DNA of 63,611 bases, counting the filler, from Hyphochytrium catenoides (taxonomy: Eukaryota; Protista; Hyphochytriomycota): NCBI GenBank assembly GCA_900088475.1. It is 6 parts of 6 records of this genome, joined end to end, with 100 filler letters (N's around TTAATTAATTAA, not from the genome) between each part and the next. Parts side by side here need not be neighbours in the genome. Positions count along the whole stretch, not along the records: positions 44,725 to 54,283 come from FLMG01003483.1; positions 54,384 to 57,785 come from FLMG01003969.1; positions 57,886 to 63,611 come from FLMG01000026.1; 3 more parts are not named here. One strand, written 5' to 3'. The translations under genes and the position numbers were made by a program. Below, one piece after another: positions 48,777-60,291 of this stretch. Position 1 is the first letter of the stretch. Each line of letters begins with the position of its first letter. The notes beneath the pieces were generated by a model. It had not been told where the DNA came from, did not search any database, and worked only from the letters and a program-made list of their open reading frames with translations.

Positions 48777-50251
48777 TCAGGTTGCCAGGGACCAAGATGG
48801 ATGAGTGCACTAGACCGACGAGATGAATCCTTCCTCTTAGTACCTCACTCCCAGATACCTTCCTCCTACGCGCTCGTCGGCAGGACCAGAAGTGAGACGA
48901 GACTGTGTCTCCTATTGCCTATCCCCAACGGCCGGGTGCGGGTGCCAGCAACCGATAAAAGCCTTCGTAAGATCTCCGAACCAGCCTCTGCCTCCGCTGG
49001 GTGTGGTGCCACAAACCGCTATAAATCTCTGTAGAAAGTGGTCATTGAGGCCATCATCGTGCATCTTGACCATTTATTGCAAACCAGTGCTTTGGCTTCT
49101 GATGTCAGCAGATCGACGAAGCCTCGCTTTCTTGTTGGCTATAGAAAAATGCCGGGGCAAGCGCGTCATTTGGCGGTACAAAATAAATAAAGTAGAAGAC
49201 CTTTCAAGTACTGTCTCTTTTTAGGCTATTTACTGGGGAGTATGGTGTAGTTTCCTAGTAGTTCTACAGGCTTTCTGTGCCACAACTGAACTAGGGAACT
49301 CTATTCGGGCAGGAAGCGCCTAAACTAGACGGAGGTAATCTAGAACAGGGTAGTTGCCCCACCACCCTCTTTATGAAGCCTATTTGGGCCCCAGATTTGG
49401 GTGGGTGGACAGTCCTAGTTCTAGAAATTGAATGACTCGTAATTCTAGACTCTCCCTAGTAATAAAAGCATAGTGGTCTTTCTATAGTGATATCTCACTA
49501 ATAAGGCCTTATTGTTGGAGTGTAACAAAAGTATTGGCCTTTCTGACTAGCCAAAGGCTGAGTTCAGATGAGGTTACTTTCGGGTCTTGATCTTAGGAGC
49601 ATTTAGACCTAACCAAACAACAAGGGCGGCTGCAGTGCTCACATCTCCCCCAGGATTTGGGATGCCGTCTTGGAGAGGTTGCAGACGATCACCAGCCAGC
49701 AAAAGCACGATCATCCTGTCATCCTTGAGATGGCTCCTCAGTCCTCAGGAGCAACCAACCTGACATCAACGTCTTGTCCATCTGCAAGCAGGTTCGGCAA
49801 GAAGCACGTCAGCAAGCTCCAGCAGCAGGAGCAGGCGGCATCACCTTCCCAGAGCAGCAAGAACCACCTCGAACAGCAGTCATTAGCAGCTGTCCAAGCT
49901 TTAGGATTGGCAAGCAGCACCTAGCAGGCAGTACCAGCCGCGGTCAGCAAGAGAGGTTCCTGTACCTTGAAGGTCCCGGTTTGCCCGATTGTCGGCGAGG
50001 CCAGCTATTGGCAGCCAGATATTGCCTGCTTGTGGCCAAGCTCTGGCTAGATAGTTCAGTAGGCTTCTGCTGAAGCGTTTCCCGGCGTGTCCTCTATTTT
50101 GCTTCATTGTCCTTCTACATGTGGACCGGGCTTGTTAGTACGAGCATGATACCAAGGAATATGCAACATCAGCCAGACGACAATACCTTCGACTGCAATC
50201 AAGAAAGGAGGAACTCTGCTGGTCTCCTCGGACCAGATGAGTGGTCCTGGC

Positions 50252-52717
50252 ATGCTCAGATCATTGGCGGTGATAGTGGGGCATCTTCAGAGACACCGCA
50301 ACTCTGTAAGCTCAGAGCTCGAGTCCTCTATAAACGAAGGCTCTAGTAAGTTTCTGCCGCCAGTCTTTAACTTATTCATTGAGTTGCTCTCTTTCAACTA
50401 TTCTGCCTATCTTCCCTTCTTCTGTGCAACGCTTCCATATATCCGTCTTCTTCTTGTTCAGGCTTTGTTCTTCACTGTCATTGCGCCAGCCAATTGCTAT
50501 GATGTCTCGCTATGTAATGCTAGACTGACACCTCTTCGAAGCCAGAGCTTGGCTTTCATTGATGTGGTTCCTTTAGAAGCGGAAGTTGAAATGAGGAAAG
50601 GAGATATCTTGACAAAGGAAGGCAGTCTTGACCTGAGAGGTAAGATTGACAAGTGCACACACAGTTGCTTTCTTCATCTCATTTCGTGGAACAATCTACG
50701 CCGCTACATTCTGTAGGCCATCTTTATAGCCCATGCTTATAGCCCTTCTCCCTTGCAATTGGACCCGTTGAGCTTTGTCCTTGGCGATCTGCCTGCTGAT
50801 GTTCAACGTGTCGCCATAGGTCTTCCAAGACTTGAAGTCCTCTTAAGGGTTCCACCTCCTGAGGCAGATGAACTTGTGCTCTTTTCGGGGCTCTCCTTGG
50901 CCTTCACTCAGCCTGTCATCTGCCAGGACGAGCAATTATTTGAGAAGGGTCCACCATCTGCAACAACAGCTTCAACATGCTCTCCGTCCTTGCACTCTCC
51001 CCCAGACACCTCACTCCTTTCTCTTCGTGCGTCTCGTCCGCTGGCCAAGATAGACAATGCCAAGAGTATTCGCGGTTTCCTTTCCTCTGTTGATAGAGGA
51101 GATATCGTGGACTTCTACGGCTTTCCGCAACGTTTGAAGAAGTCAAATGAGATAGTCCTTCGCTGTTTAAGTTATCGAGTCATCTTGGAGTGGAAAGCTG
51201 TTCACGACGGTAAGGTGCAGCGTGGGTCCCCATGCAGCTATAGGCTTAAAACTTCTCATAGATTAGCACCCGTTATTTACTTTTGCGTTCGCTCTCTCTT
51301 TCTTATCTTTATAATCTCAGCGTTTGTCTAACTTATTGTGCTTTGTTTATGGCTGCTTTGCTGTTTGGACCTCGTCATGATCTGATCTAATCCGTTCGCT
51401 CTTCGTAAACCAGGTCTGGAGTTGAACTGCATCCACGACGCCTCCCACAAAGTACTATCTCCTTCAGAACTTGCGGTGCCACCACGTCCTCAAGGAGAAT
51501 CCCCCGCTGACCAAGAAGAACCTCAACGACGTGAAGAAACTCGCGCTCACTGCAAGTACTGGCTGAACACAAGTCAATGCTACCGAGGGAAGCAGTGCCC
51601 GTTCTTTCACTGTCTTTTGGCGGACATTCCCGCTGTCAAGCGAGCTTGGATTCAGCAGAGGGTAGAAGAAAAAAGGGAGAGAAGTGCCATTGCGGGAGAT
51701 CCCCATAAGGGAGAAGAGAAGTTGAAGAAGAGTTATAGAGCTAGATTGTTCGTCGAGTGGCTCCTTAAGGAATACGGGAAGGACTACCTGAACTCTGGAA
51801 CCGGCGTGGTGGATGTGGCTGGAGGAAATGGAGCCGTATCCTTTATGCTTTGGAATGTTCATGGGATTCGAAGTACCGTCATTGACCCGGTGAGAAGAAT
51901 CGCGGGACTCCTTACTCTCTTTGCTTGTTGCATGGTGCTGCGCCTCCCAAGCCTTCTTTGTCCCTCTGCTCAACTTTAGCGGAATTTTAGGGGTGCGAAT
52001 ACAGTGGACATCTCTTGCTTTTGAGTCCCATAGGAGATCCTGCCGCGTAGCTGCGCCAAAATGCGTCTTACTTCCTAACAGGCGACTTCCCCTTCTCGCA
52101 ACATATCTTAGCGTCCCATCAAGCTCTCAAAGCTCCAGAGAAAGCATCTGGCACGTAACGGTGGTCGAGTGTGCGACCAGGTAACCCTCTATGGTTGCCA
52201 GCGGCTTAACGTCACACCTTCACTTTGGTCTGCATCTCTCTGTCCTGTCTCCTCGCATCTTAGCTGCTGATTGTAACCTTGGCCTTCTGGCCCATTCCCA
52301 CTAACGCTCCGTTCTTGATCAATCCCGTTTTATCAACTGATGTCTCATATGTCTTCACAGGTACAGGCATACTACACCAAGGAGCTGTATGGCAAGGAGC
52401 CTGTGGCGTCACTCCTCATGGGCTGCTCACTCATTGTCGGAATGCATCCTGATGAAGCCACTGATCTTATCTGCAAGAGTGCACTTCATTTGCAGAAACC
52501 GTTTGCTCTTCTTCCTTGCTGTGTCTTTCCCCATCTTTTCAATGAGCGAAGACTGCCGGATGGTAGACCAGTTGTCCGTTATGAAGAGCTTGTGGAATAT
52601 CTTAGCGCTCAGGACAATTGTATACGGAGAACTTTCTTGCCCTTCGAGGGCAGAAACCAACTTGTATATCTTCCGCTTCCTTCTAATCACAGGGTGAGGA
52701 AAGATGAAGAAGGATGA
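50252..52717 (+). CDS. OB-fold + CCCH zinc finger + class I SAM-dependent methyltransferase-like protein, multi-exon
   Basis: LAFIDVV..VDRGDIVDFYGFP (OB-like), CKYWLNTSQCYRGKQCPFFH (C-x8-C-x5-C-x3-H), GVVDVAGGNG (motif I), STVIDP, IVGMHPDEATD..KPFALLPCCVFP..LPFEGRN. Start position uncertain. Confidence 0.78.
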
Positions 52718-53239
52718 GGCAAATGATTCATGTTTACGAACTTTCATTTGGCCAGAGAGGTGGGCTTGGAAGAGAAAACAAGTGGACGCAGTTAGTTCCA
52801 CGGTTGTTGGAGTCACAGAGAGGCAGGCACAAGTATCGACCAAAAAGAAAAGAGCTCTTAAGAGCATGAAAGGTCATCTCAACGATTGCCAGCACTGTGG
52901 CCGAAGAGATGGGGAAAAGGGTCATGACAAACAAGCGCCCTCACGCAAGAAATATCGAGCCGCGGCCTACACCGACGGTTGCTGGGGCTCTTGTCCTTAT
53001 CGCCTCTTCGTGAGTACAATTTCCAACATCGAGACATGCCGGGACTACTGACCTGTCCACATTCTACCAATAGGGCAAAGGTAGGTTAATCTCCGGTGAG
53101 TCGACAAGAATGAGCTACCTCCTACCACCCTTGAGGCGCAGCCTCACCGGTAGGCATTCGTCAAGGAATAGAACAGTGCTTCAAACGTAGGTGCTTCAAC
53201 AGTTAATCTTTATCTTAGCAAAAATCCTTATCAAATTTT

Positions 53240-54241
53240 CTATACATTGAGGAGTGAAGAGACCACTGACCCTAACAGGACAAGAAGGGCGGCAGAAACA
53301 GTCATTGAAGAGGCAGCGCTTTCAGCTTTCTGCTTCTCTTTGGCCGTGGTGGGCTCTGCCTCTGGGTCTTCTGGGATGTCCTCAGCCTTGGCGTCTGCCG
53401 GGTAGAGGTACATCTGAGGGTGATAGACCAACTTCTCAGTCTTCGGATCGAACGCTGAAGAAGCAATGAGAACGTCGTAGCCACTACCCTTCTGGTCGGC
53501 AACTGAAATGGTCACATCTCTAGCAACACCATCCTTCGTGCCTGTGTCGCTCTTGTTTTGAATGTTGACAAAAGTTGGGAAGTCAGCGAAGCCGAAAGGC
53601 TTTGTCCCATTTTTATACGCAACACGCCAGATCTTTGAGCTGTTCCCGCCTAATCCCTCAATGACCTTAATGCTGCTAGGGGTGAGCCCGTTAAGCCCTG
53701 CAGAGAGGCGCAGACCGAGGCGCAAGCTATTCTGCTCCGTGTCAATGAATGGCCAGTTGGAAATCTCAATCCAGAATTTAAGTCCCATGGCTGGGACAAC
53801 CATCTTCTGCCCGTTGCTAAACTCCACAGGGACTTTCGCGGTGGGCATGATGACCCTGTTGGCAATTGTGAACGTCACTCTAGAAAGAACCATTCCCGTG
53901 CTATAGCCACTGTACAGGCCGTCAATAGTGCCAGCTGTATCCACTGTGGTCATCTTGATCTTACTCCAGCCTGCTTCCTGTTCCTCCACGAGCGCAATGG
54001 TGTTGTTGGTCACTTTGCCGAAGACGTCAAGCTCGGAGAGCTCCCACATTGTGCAGGCCATGAATCTGTTATCAGTATTTTCTTTAGGGCTGAGCTTCAT
54101 CTTACCGCCAGCCGGTTCTAGCGTGAGCGTGGTCGTGCCAACGCTTGCACTCTGTTCAGGAAGGCCAGCACCACTAACGGCGGCGATTGCCATACCGGCA
54201 AAAAGAAGCCCGGCAGAGATCATTGCTTTAGAGAGAACCAT
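53240..54241 (-). CDS. Secreted or GPI-anchored surface protein, intronless, 333 aa
   Basis: N-terminal signal peptide, beta-rich body with LKFWIEISNWPF..NSLRL, acidic/Thr linker, small-residue omega-like site (SAASS) and a terminal hydrophobic tail. Confidence 0.8.
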   Translation of the reverse strand: MVLSKAMISAGLLFAGMAIAAVSGAGLPEQSASVGTTTLTLEPAGGKMKLSPKENTDNRFMACTMWELSELDVFGKVTNNTIALVEEQEAGWSKIKMTTVDTAGTIDGLYSGYSTGMVLSRVTFTIANRVIMPTAKVPVEFSNGQKMVVPAMGLKFWIEISNWPFIDTEQNSLRLGLRLSAGLNGLTPSSIKVIEGLGGNSSKIWRVAYKNGTKPFGFADFPTFVNIQNKSDTGTKDGVARDVTISVADQKGSGYDVLIASSAFDPKTEKLVYHPQMYLYPADAKAEDIPEDPEAEPTTAKEKQKAESAASSMTVSAALLVLLGSVVSSLLNV

Positions 54242-54283
54242 CTTTCCTTTGAGCTATGTCTCACTGTGTGACTGGCAGCAAGC

Positions 54284-54383
54284 NNNNNNNNNNNNNNNNN
54301 NNNNNNNNNNNNNNNNNNNNNNNNNNNTTAATTAATTAANNNNNNNNNNNNNNNNNNNNNNNNNNNNNNNNNNNNNNNNNNNN
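54284..54383. other. Artificial contig-joining spacer
   Basis: N44-TTAATTAATTAA-N44. Confidence 0.97.
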
Positions 54384-54601
54384 GAGAGAGAGAGAGAGAG
54401 AGAGACAGGAGAGTGTGAGATAAGACGGTTCGAGAAAGGTTCAGCCAAGAGATAAGAAGAAGCAGGAAGAGGTAGAAATCAAGGCCAAATGCTTGTCAGA
54501 CAGCGGCTTCCACTGTACTGAAATGACAAAGACAGGCTCGGAAAGATCAAGGGCAAAGAGGCACAGACAAGAGAAAGAAGAGAGACAGAGAAGAGACAGA
54601 G

Positions 54602-54674
54602 GGAGAGAGAGACACGCAGAGGAGAGAGAGAGACACGCAGAGGAGAGAGAGAGACACGCAGAGGAGAGAGAGAG
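54602..54674. repeat. 21-bp tandem minisatellite, about 3.5 copies
   Basis: Unit GGAGAGAGAGAGACACGCAGA repeated head-to-tail with no spacers. Confidence 0.85.
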
Positions 54675-54750
54675 TCACACAAAGAAGAGAGGAAACAATG
54701 AGAAGAAGCAAAGACGGAAAAGAAAAACGAGGAGAAGACAGAAAGGATAA

Positions 54751-56340
54751 CTAATAGAGAGACAACGCTGAAGGTGGGTTTTCGGCAGAGAGCGGCGAAC
54801 TGAGAGAGAGAGACACGGAGAGAGGGAGACACAGAGGGAAAAAGAGAGAGGAAGAGAGAGAGAGAGAGAGAGAGAGAAAGTCAACGAGAGAGACCGTAAA
54901 CCTTGTGAGTATGAGGCTGCTCTGCAGGAGAATGGCGATGCCGGGCCAGGCCTCAGCTTTGGAAGGCGCGTGATGGAAGTCCTTGACATAAATCTCTATG
55001 GCCCAGCCCACAGAGAGAAGGAGGAGGAGGAGTCCAAGAAAGAATAACGCTCTGAGCAAAAGAGAGAGAGAGAGAGAGAGAGAGAAAGGAGGGGAGACAG
55101 AGAGAGAGAGAGTTAGGAGAGCTCAGAGAAGGAGAGAGAGAGAGTAACCCCGTCATAAGCCCGCAAAGGTAGAGACAGGGAAACGGAGACAGTATAAGAA
55201 GAGAAGGTGGAAGCCAGAGAAGAGAGAGAGAGAGCGAGAGAGAGAGACGATGCGTAGGTAGGAGAGAGAGAAACGTAACATGAACAGCCACAGTAGCACA
55301 AAGAGGGGAGAGAGAGGACGAGCCCCAGAATATTGGCAAGTGAGAAAGACTGAAGAGCCAAGAGGCTGGAGAGAAATAGCTCCTTCACTGACAAAAAACA
55401 TGGGACAGGGGAAGCGGGCGACAGTGAATAAAGAAAGGAAAAGCGGTAGAGAGAGAGACTCTGTGTGTGCGCGCGCGCGGTAGNNNNNNNNNNNNNNNNN
55501 NNNNNNNNNNNNNNNNNNNNNNNNNNNNNNNNNNNNNNNNNNNNNNNNNNNNNNNNNNNNNNNNNNNNNNNNNNNNGCATGGCCAGCAAGTGCATCCCAT
55601 TCCACGGCGTTCACACTGAAGAGAAAGGAAAGAGAGAGAGAGACCAAAAAGGGAAAGGAGAGAGAGAGAGAGCGAGAGAGAGAGAGTGTCTTCATTCAGA
55701 AGGAGAGAAGTCTTTCTCTTATAAATCGAAAGAGAGAGAGACAACATGCCGCTAGCATAGGGCCACGAAGTAGAACGCTGCCAAGGAAGAGCACTTAGCC
55801 GAAACGGGAGAAGCAGAGACAGGAAAGATAGTGGCAAGAGGAGAAATGAGAGAAAGAGCTAAAGAAAATGAAAAGGAGTAGAAAGCATCAGGAGCGAGGG
55901 GGAGAAAAGGGAGAGAGAGAGAGTTGAGCGGATAAGGGAGAGATAAGGGGATACACAGATCCCCCGAGGATCAGAGACGGAGGCGATATAGAGAAACAGA
56001 AAGGAAGGAGAGACACAGGGAGCGAGAGAGGCTGAGAGTGGAGGGGCACTGAGGAGAGAGAGAGTGAGAGAGAGAAGGAGGAGGAGGCGGAGGAGAAAAG
56101 AGAGAGAAAGAGAGAGGGAATGTGGACGGAGAGAGAGAGCACTTGAGAGGTTGAGAGAGAGGCGTTTCCTCACAGGTAGAGTCCAATCGTGGCTCCGATG
56201 CCTGGCAAGTACTTAAGAAAGTCTATGGGGACCCCGTAGCTCCTCGTGCTCGAGACCACCGCGCCATCGATGAAGAGCCACCAGCCCACTCCGAACTAGA
56301 AAAAGAGAGAGAGAAAGAGAGAGAATGAGAAGAGAGAGAG

Positions 56341-56400
<60 letters not shown>

Positions 56401-56720
56401 GTAGACGAAAGGACAGAGAGGGAGAAGAAAGAGAGACCACGTGGGAACGAGGATTTTTATAGACCAACGCAGGGGGAGAAAAGAAAGAGGGAAAGAGTTC
56501 AAAAGAAGGGAAGGAGAAGCAAGAGAGACAACGTAGAGTGAGAGAAACATCGCAAGGCGAGAGAGTGGCAGAGAGAGAAAAGAGAGGAAAAGAAAACAGA
56601 GAGGGGAGAAAGAGGGGGAAGAGAGTGGAGAGGGAAAGAGAGAGAAGAGTCAATTTGCTTGAAGCTCACCACTGTGCCGGCGATGATGGCCCCCAGCTTT
56701 CCTTTATGATTAGCGTCCAT
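54751..56720 (-). CDS. VPS68: Vps68/TMEM50 (UPF0220) family membrane protein, multi-exon
   Basis: Spliced MDANHKGKLGAIIAGTV|FGVGWWLFIDGAVV..FLKYLPGIGATIGLYL|VNAVEWDAL..|RALFFLG..AWPGIAILLQSSLIL. One exon runs into an N gap, and the last exon is uncertain. Confidence 0.82.
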
Positions 56721-56971
56721 ACTTCCAACGAAGAGAGAAGACTTAGAGAAAGAGAGAGGTTGTGAGAAGAGAGAGAAGAGAGAAACAAAGTCACAGCGAG
56801 CTATAAAGCCGCTGGTCGCAGAGGGACAGACGTCGAAAGCTGAAGGATAGTCTACTGCCAGATAGGGACGTCACAATCAAGAGCCTGAAGAGAAAGTGAT
56901 GAGAAAAGAAGCAAGGATCTTGGAAAGCAAGAGATCGGGGGAGAGAGAGAGAGAGAGAAAGAGCGAGAGAG

Positions 56972-57004
<33 letters not shown>

Positions 57005-57031
57005 NNNNNNNNNNNNNNNNNNNNNNNNNNN

Positions 57032-57069
<38 letters not shown>

Positions 57070-57785
57070 TGTGTGTGAGAGAGAGAGAGAGAGAGAGGAC
57101 GGAAGAGGGAGAGAGAGACACTAGACGGTGCACATTCGCAGCTACGGCTACCGCTCCTCTCCCTCACCATCTCTTTCTCACGCTCTCCTGTATCTCGCTA
57201 GAGCGCTTTCAAACTCTGTCGTTTCGTCTTCTTTTCTCTCGCTTCGCTTATTCTCCTGTGCTGACACCTTCCTCTCTCCCTCCTGCCTCCCTAGCGCCTG
57301 AGCTGTATGAGAGCAGCTTCAAGCCTGTCCTCTCTCTCTCTCCTTCTCTCTCCCCTGCGAGAAAGACTGCCAAGGTCTGTGTCTGCTAGAAGAATGAGCG
57401 CGGGCAGGTACTCGAAGCAAGGCGGCGGGCGAGCCTGGTGCCTTCGGAAGGAAAAAGGTTCCTAGTGGACTTCTTCTGCTTCCTTCCCTCTCCTTTGCTC
57501 TCTCTCTCTCGCGCGCGTCACACACTCTCTTCTCCTTTGCGTTACTTTCCGTGTCTGTCTTCTTTGACTAGCAGCCTAGACAGTTTCCAACTTCTCTCTC
57601 TCTCTTTCTCTCTCGCTGTCTTTCTCTCTCTTCCTCCCTCCATACCGTTGATCTTCTCTTCAGTGCATCCTCACGCCAACTCCCTCTTAATTGCTCTCAT
57701 TCCTTATTTCTTGCGGGTCTCCTCTCTCTCTTCTCTTGTTGTTGCTCCTCATTAGCCGTCTCTCTCTCTCTCTCTCTCTCTCTCT

Positions 57786-57885
57786 NNNNNNNNNNNNNNN
57801 NNNNNNNNNNNNNNNNNNNNNNNNNNNNNTTAATTAATTAANNNNNNNNNNNNNNNNNNNNNNNNNNNNNNNNNNNNNNNNNNNN
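57786..57885. other. Artificial contig-joining spacer
   Basis: N44-TTAATTAATTAA-N44. Confidence 0.97.
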
Positions 57886-60257
57886 CGAGCGAAAGGAAAG
57901 GGAGATGAAGAGACAAGAACAGTCTACACAAACCCGTGTCTCTCTCTATCTATGTCTTTCTCTCCTCAGTGTCTGGTTTCTCTCCTGCTTCATCCATCTT
58001 TCGGTGCACCTGTAGCAAGATCCTACCTGCATACGGCCCCGTAGCTGCGGCGTCCGGACTTTTCATAGACAAATTGCCAAGCGAGAAATAACTCTCAAAA
58101 GGCTGAAGAAACGTCTTCGTCAACACCCTGAAGTGCTTTCTTAACACTGAGTTATTGATCGCGTGCAGAGCCTCGATATCCACTGACTTCTCTCCTTCTC
58201 CTCTCTCAATAGCTGGAGGGGAGAGAGACGAAGACGGAGAAGTTCTCGCTCCCGAGCCCAGCGAGTCTGTTATGTTGACCAGCTGCTTGAGAATCTGTTT
58301 ATCCGCTAACATGACGGGCGTTTGCCGGGTAAAGAGCTGCAAGAGAGACAAAAAGGATTGAAAGAAAAAACAAACATGAGGTTAGCAGAGAGAGAGAGAG
58401 AGAAAAAGAGAGAAAGGGAGAAAGAAGAGAGCGAGGGAGTGGAGATGGGGAGATTTGCTATCAAAAGAAAAGGTATAGAAAGGTAGTTCTTGTTGATGAT
58501 GGAAGGCCAAATGATTGAGCTCTTTCAGTGTACTGCCTTACGACGAACGGCTTCATTCTCCTTTCTCTCTCTCTCTGCTTTTCTCTCTCCTCTCTCCGTT
58601 TCCTGTTCTCTCTCTCCATTGGGACCCTCTTTCCGTCTCAGCCTTTTTTCCTTATCTCTTTCCTTCCCCCACCTCGCCTTCGAGATGTTGTCCAGTACTT
58701 GGCAATATTTCTCCATCGGTCTCCTTCTCTCTTCCAGTCCACTCAATCTCTCTCTCTTGTTATATCTCCTCTTCTTACAATGGGATCTTGGATGCTAGAG
58801 AGGTCGTGAGGTGCCACCGATTGGAGAGACTTTCCCTTGCTTAGGAGCCTCAAGTGCTTCCCTGAAGGAGAGAGCACGGACTTTTGCGGCTGACACGCGG
58901 ATTGAAGGAGGAAAAGGCTGTAAGAGGAAGACGCTTGTAGAGAGACAGAGACAGAGACAAAGAGAAAGACAGAAGGAGACATAGAGAAAGACAAAGGGGA
59001 GTAGAGAGGGGCCGTGGGGGAAGAGAGAGAAAGAGATTTGGACAAAGAGAAAGTAAGAGACGGGAAGAAAGAAAGAACGAATTGATCAGCGGGAGACAAG
59101 CATGGCATGGAGGATGGTCGATAGAGAACAGAAATGAACCGACTTTAAAGATAATAAAATAATAAAGAGGAGAAGAGAGGAACCTACCGTGGAGGAGGAC
59201 TCCTGCGTCACAGGAGGAAGCTGTAGATTGGGCCCTCTGCCTTTTCTTGTCTCTCCCTCCACCGGGCTGTCTGCAATTGTACTGGGAGAGCTACTGCGCA
59301 GTCTAGACATGTCTTCTCCAGCAGATGGAGCAGGCTGAGGAGACGAGAACCGGGGGAAGGTGAGAGAAACGAACAAGGGGACAGCTTAGGGAACATGAAA
59401 GAGAGCAAAAGAAGGGATATAAGGGAGATAAAGAGCTGAAGGACGTACTGGCGAGTCTGGTCCTGGTAGGAAGAGAACGTTCGGGCAGAACTCTAGCGCT
59501 TTAAGGAAGAAAGGGTTTGTCCCTCCCAAAAGAACACAGCGTTGTTCCTTGCTAAAAGAGAGAGGGAGAAAGAGAGAAAGTAAGAGACGAAAGAAAGAAA
59601 GTCAGAAAAAAGGAAAGCTCTGTGTCCTCTGAAAAGATGTCAGTGAGAAGTGGTAGGAGATGCTTTCTCTCTGCGGAACGCAAACTCTCTTTTCTATTTA
59701 GTGTCCGCACTTCGGCATCTCAAACCGGTAAGTCTGCCAACTCTTCTCCGTCTCTCTTCCGCTTCTCTTTCGTCTATATGTTGTCTTTGTCTCTGTGTCG
59801 GAATGCCCCCCTCTCTTTCCTCTTGATATTTGTTCCATTCTTCCTCCTCACTCGAGTCACCACTATTTTCATCTCTCCTTCTCGCTCTCCCTCTCTCTCT
59901 CTCTCTCTCTCTTTCTCTCCTTGTCATTCTCCCCTAATCTCACCTACTCTCCTTCATCCCCGCTGCTAGGGCCTTGAAGTCTGGGTCATAAATCGTGAAG
60001 TACGGGCGGAAGTCTCCTAAGAACTCCAGAGGCGCGATCATACTGACCACTCCCAGGACCGCTTGAGAGCAGACGGAGGGAGAGGGAGCGAGGATGAGGA
60101 GAGGCTGCCCCGTGATCGCCATCTCCCAGAGGAACCAGAGGTGAGGCGTGAGAGAGAGAAACGTGGAATATAGGCCTGGGAGATAAGGAAGGGATGAGGT
60201 CAAAGGAAGAACAGGTACCCGGAGAAGGAAAGAGAGAGAGTGAAAGAGGCAGACAGA

Positions 60258-60291
<34 letters not shown>

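Noticed and set aside
54602-54674. 21-bp repeats as a CRISPR-like array
   Set aside because: No spacers, microsatellite-derived unit, eukaryotic context, no cas genes.
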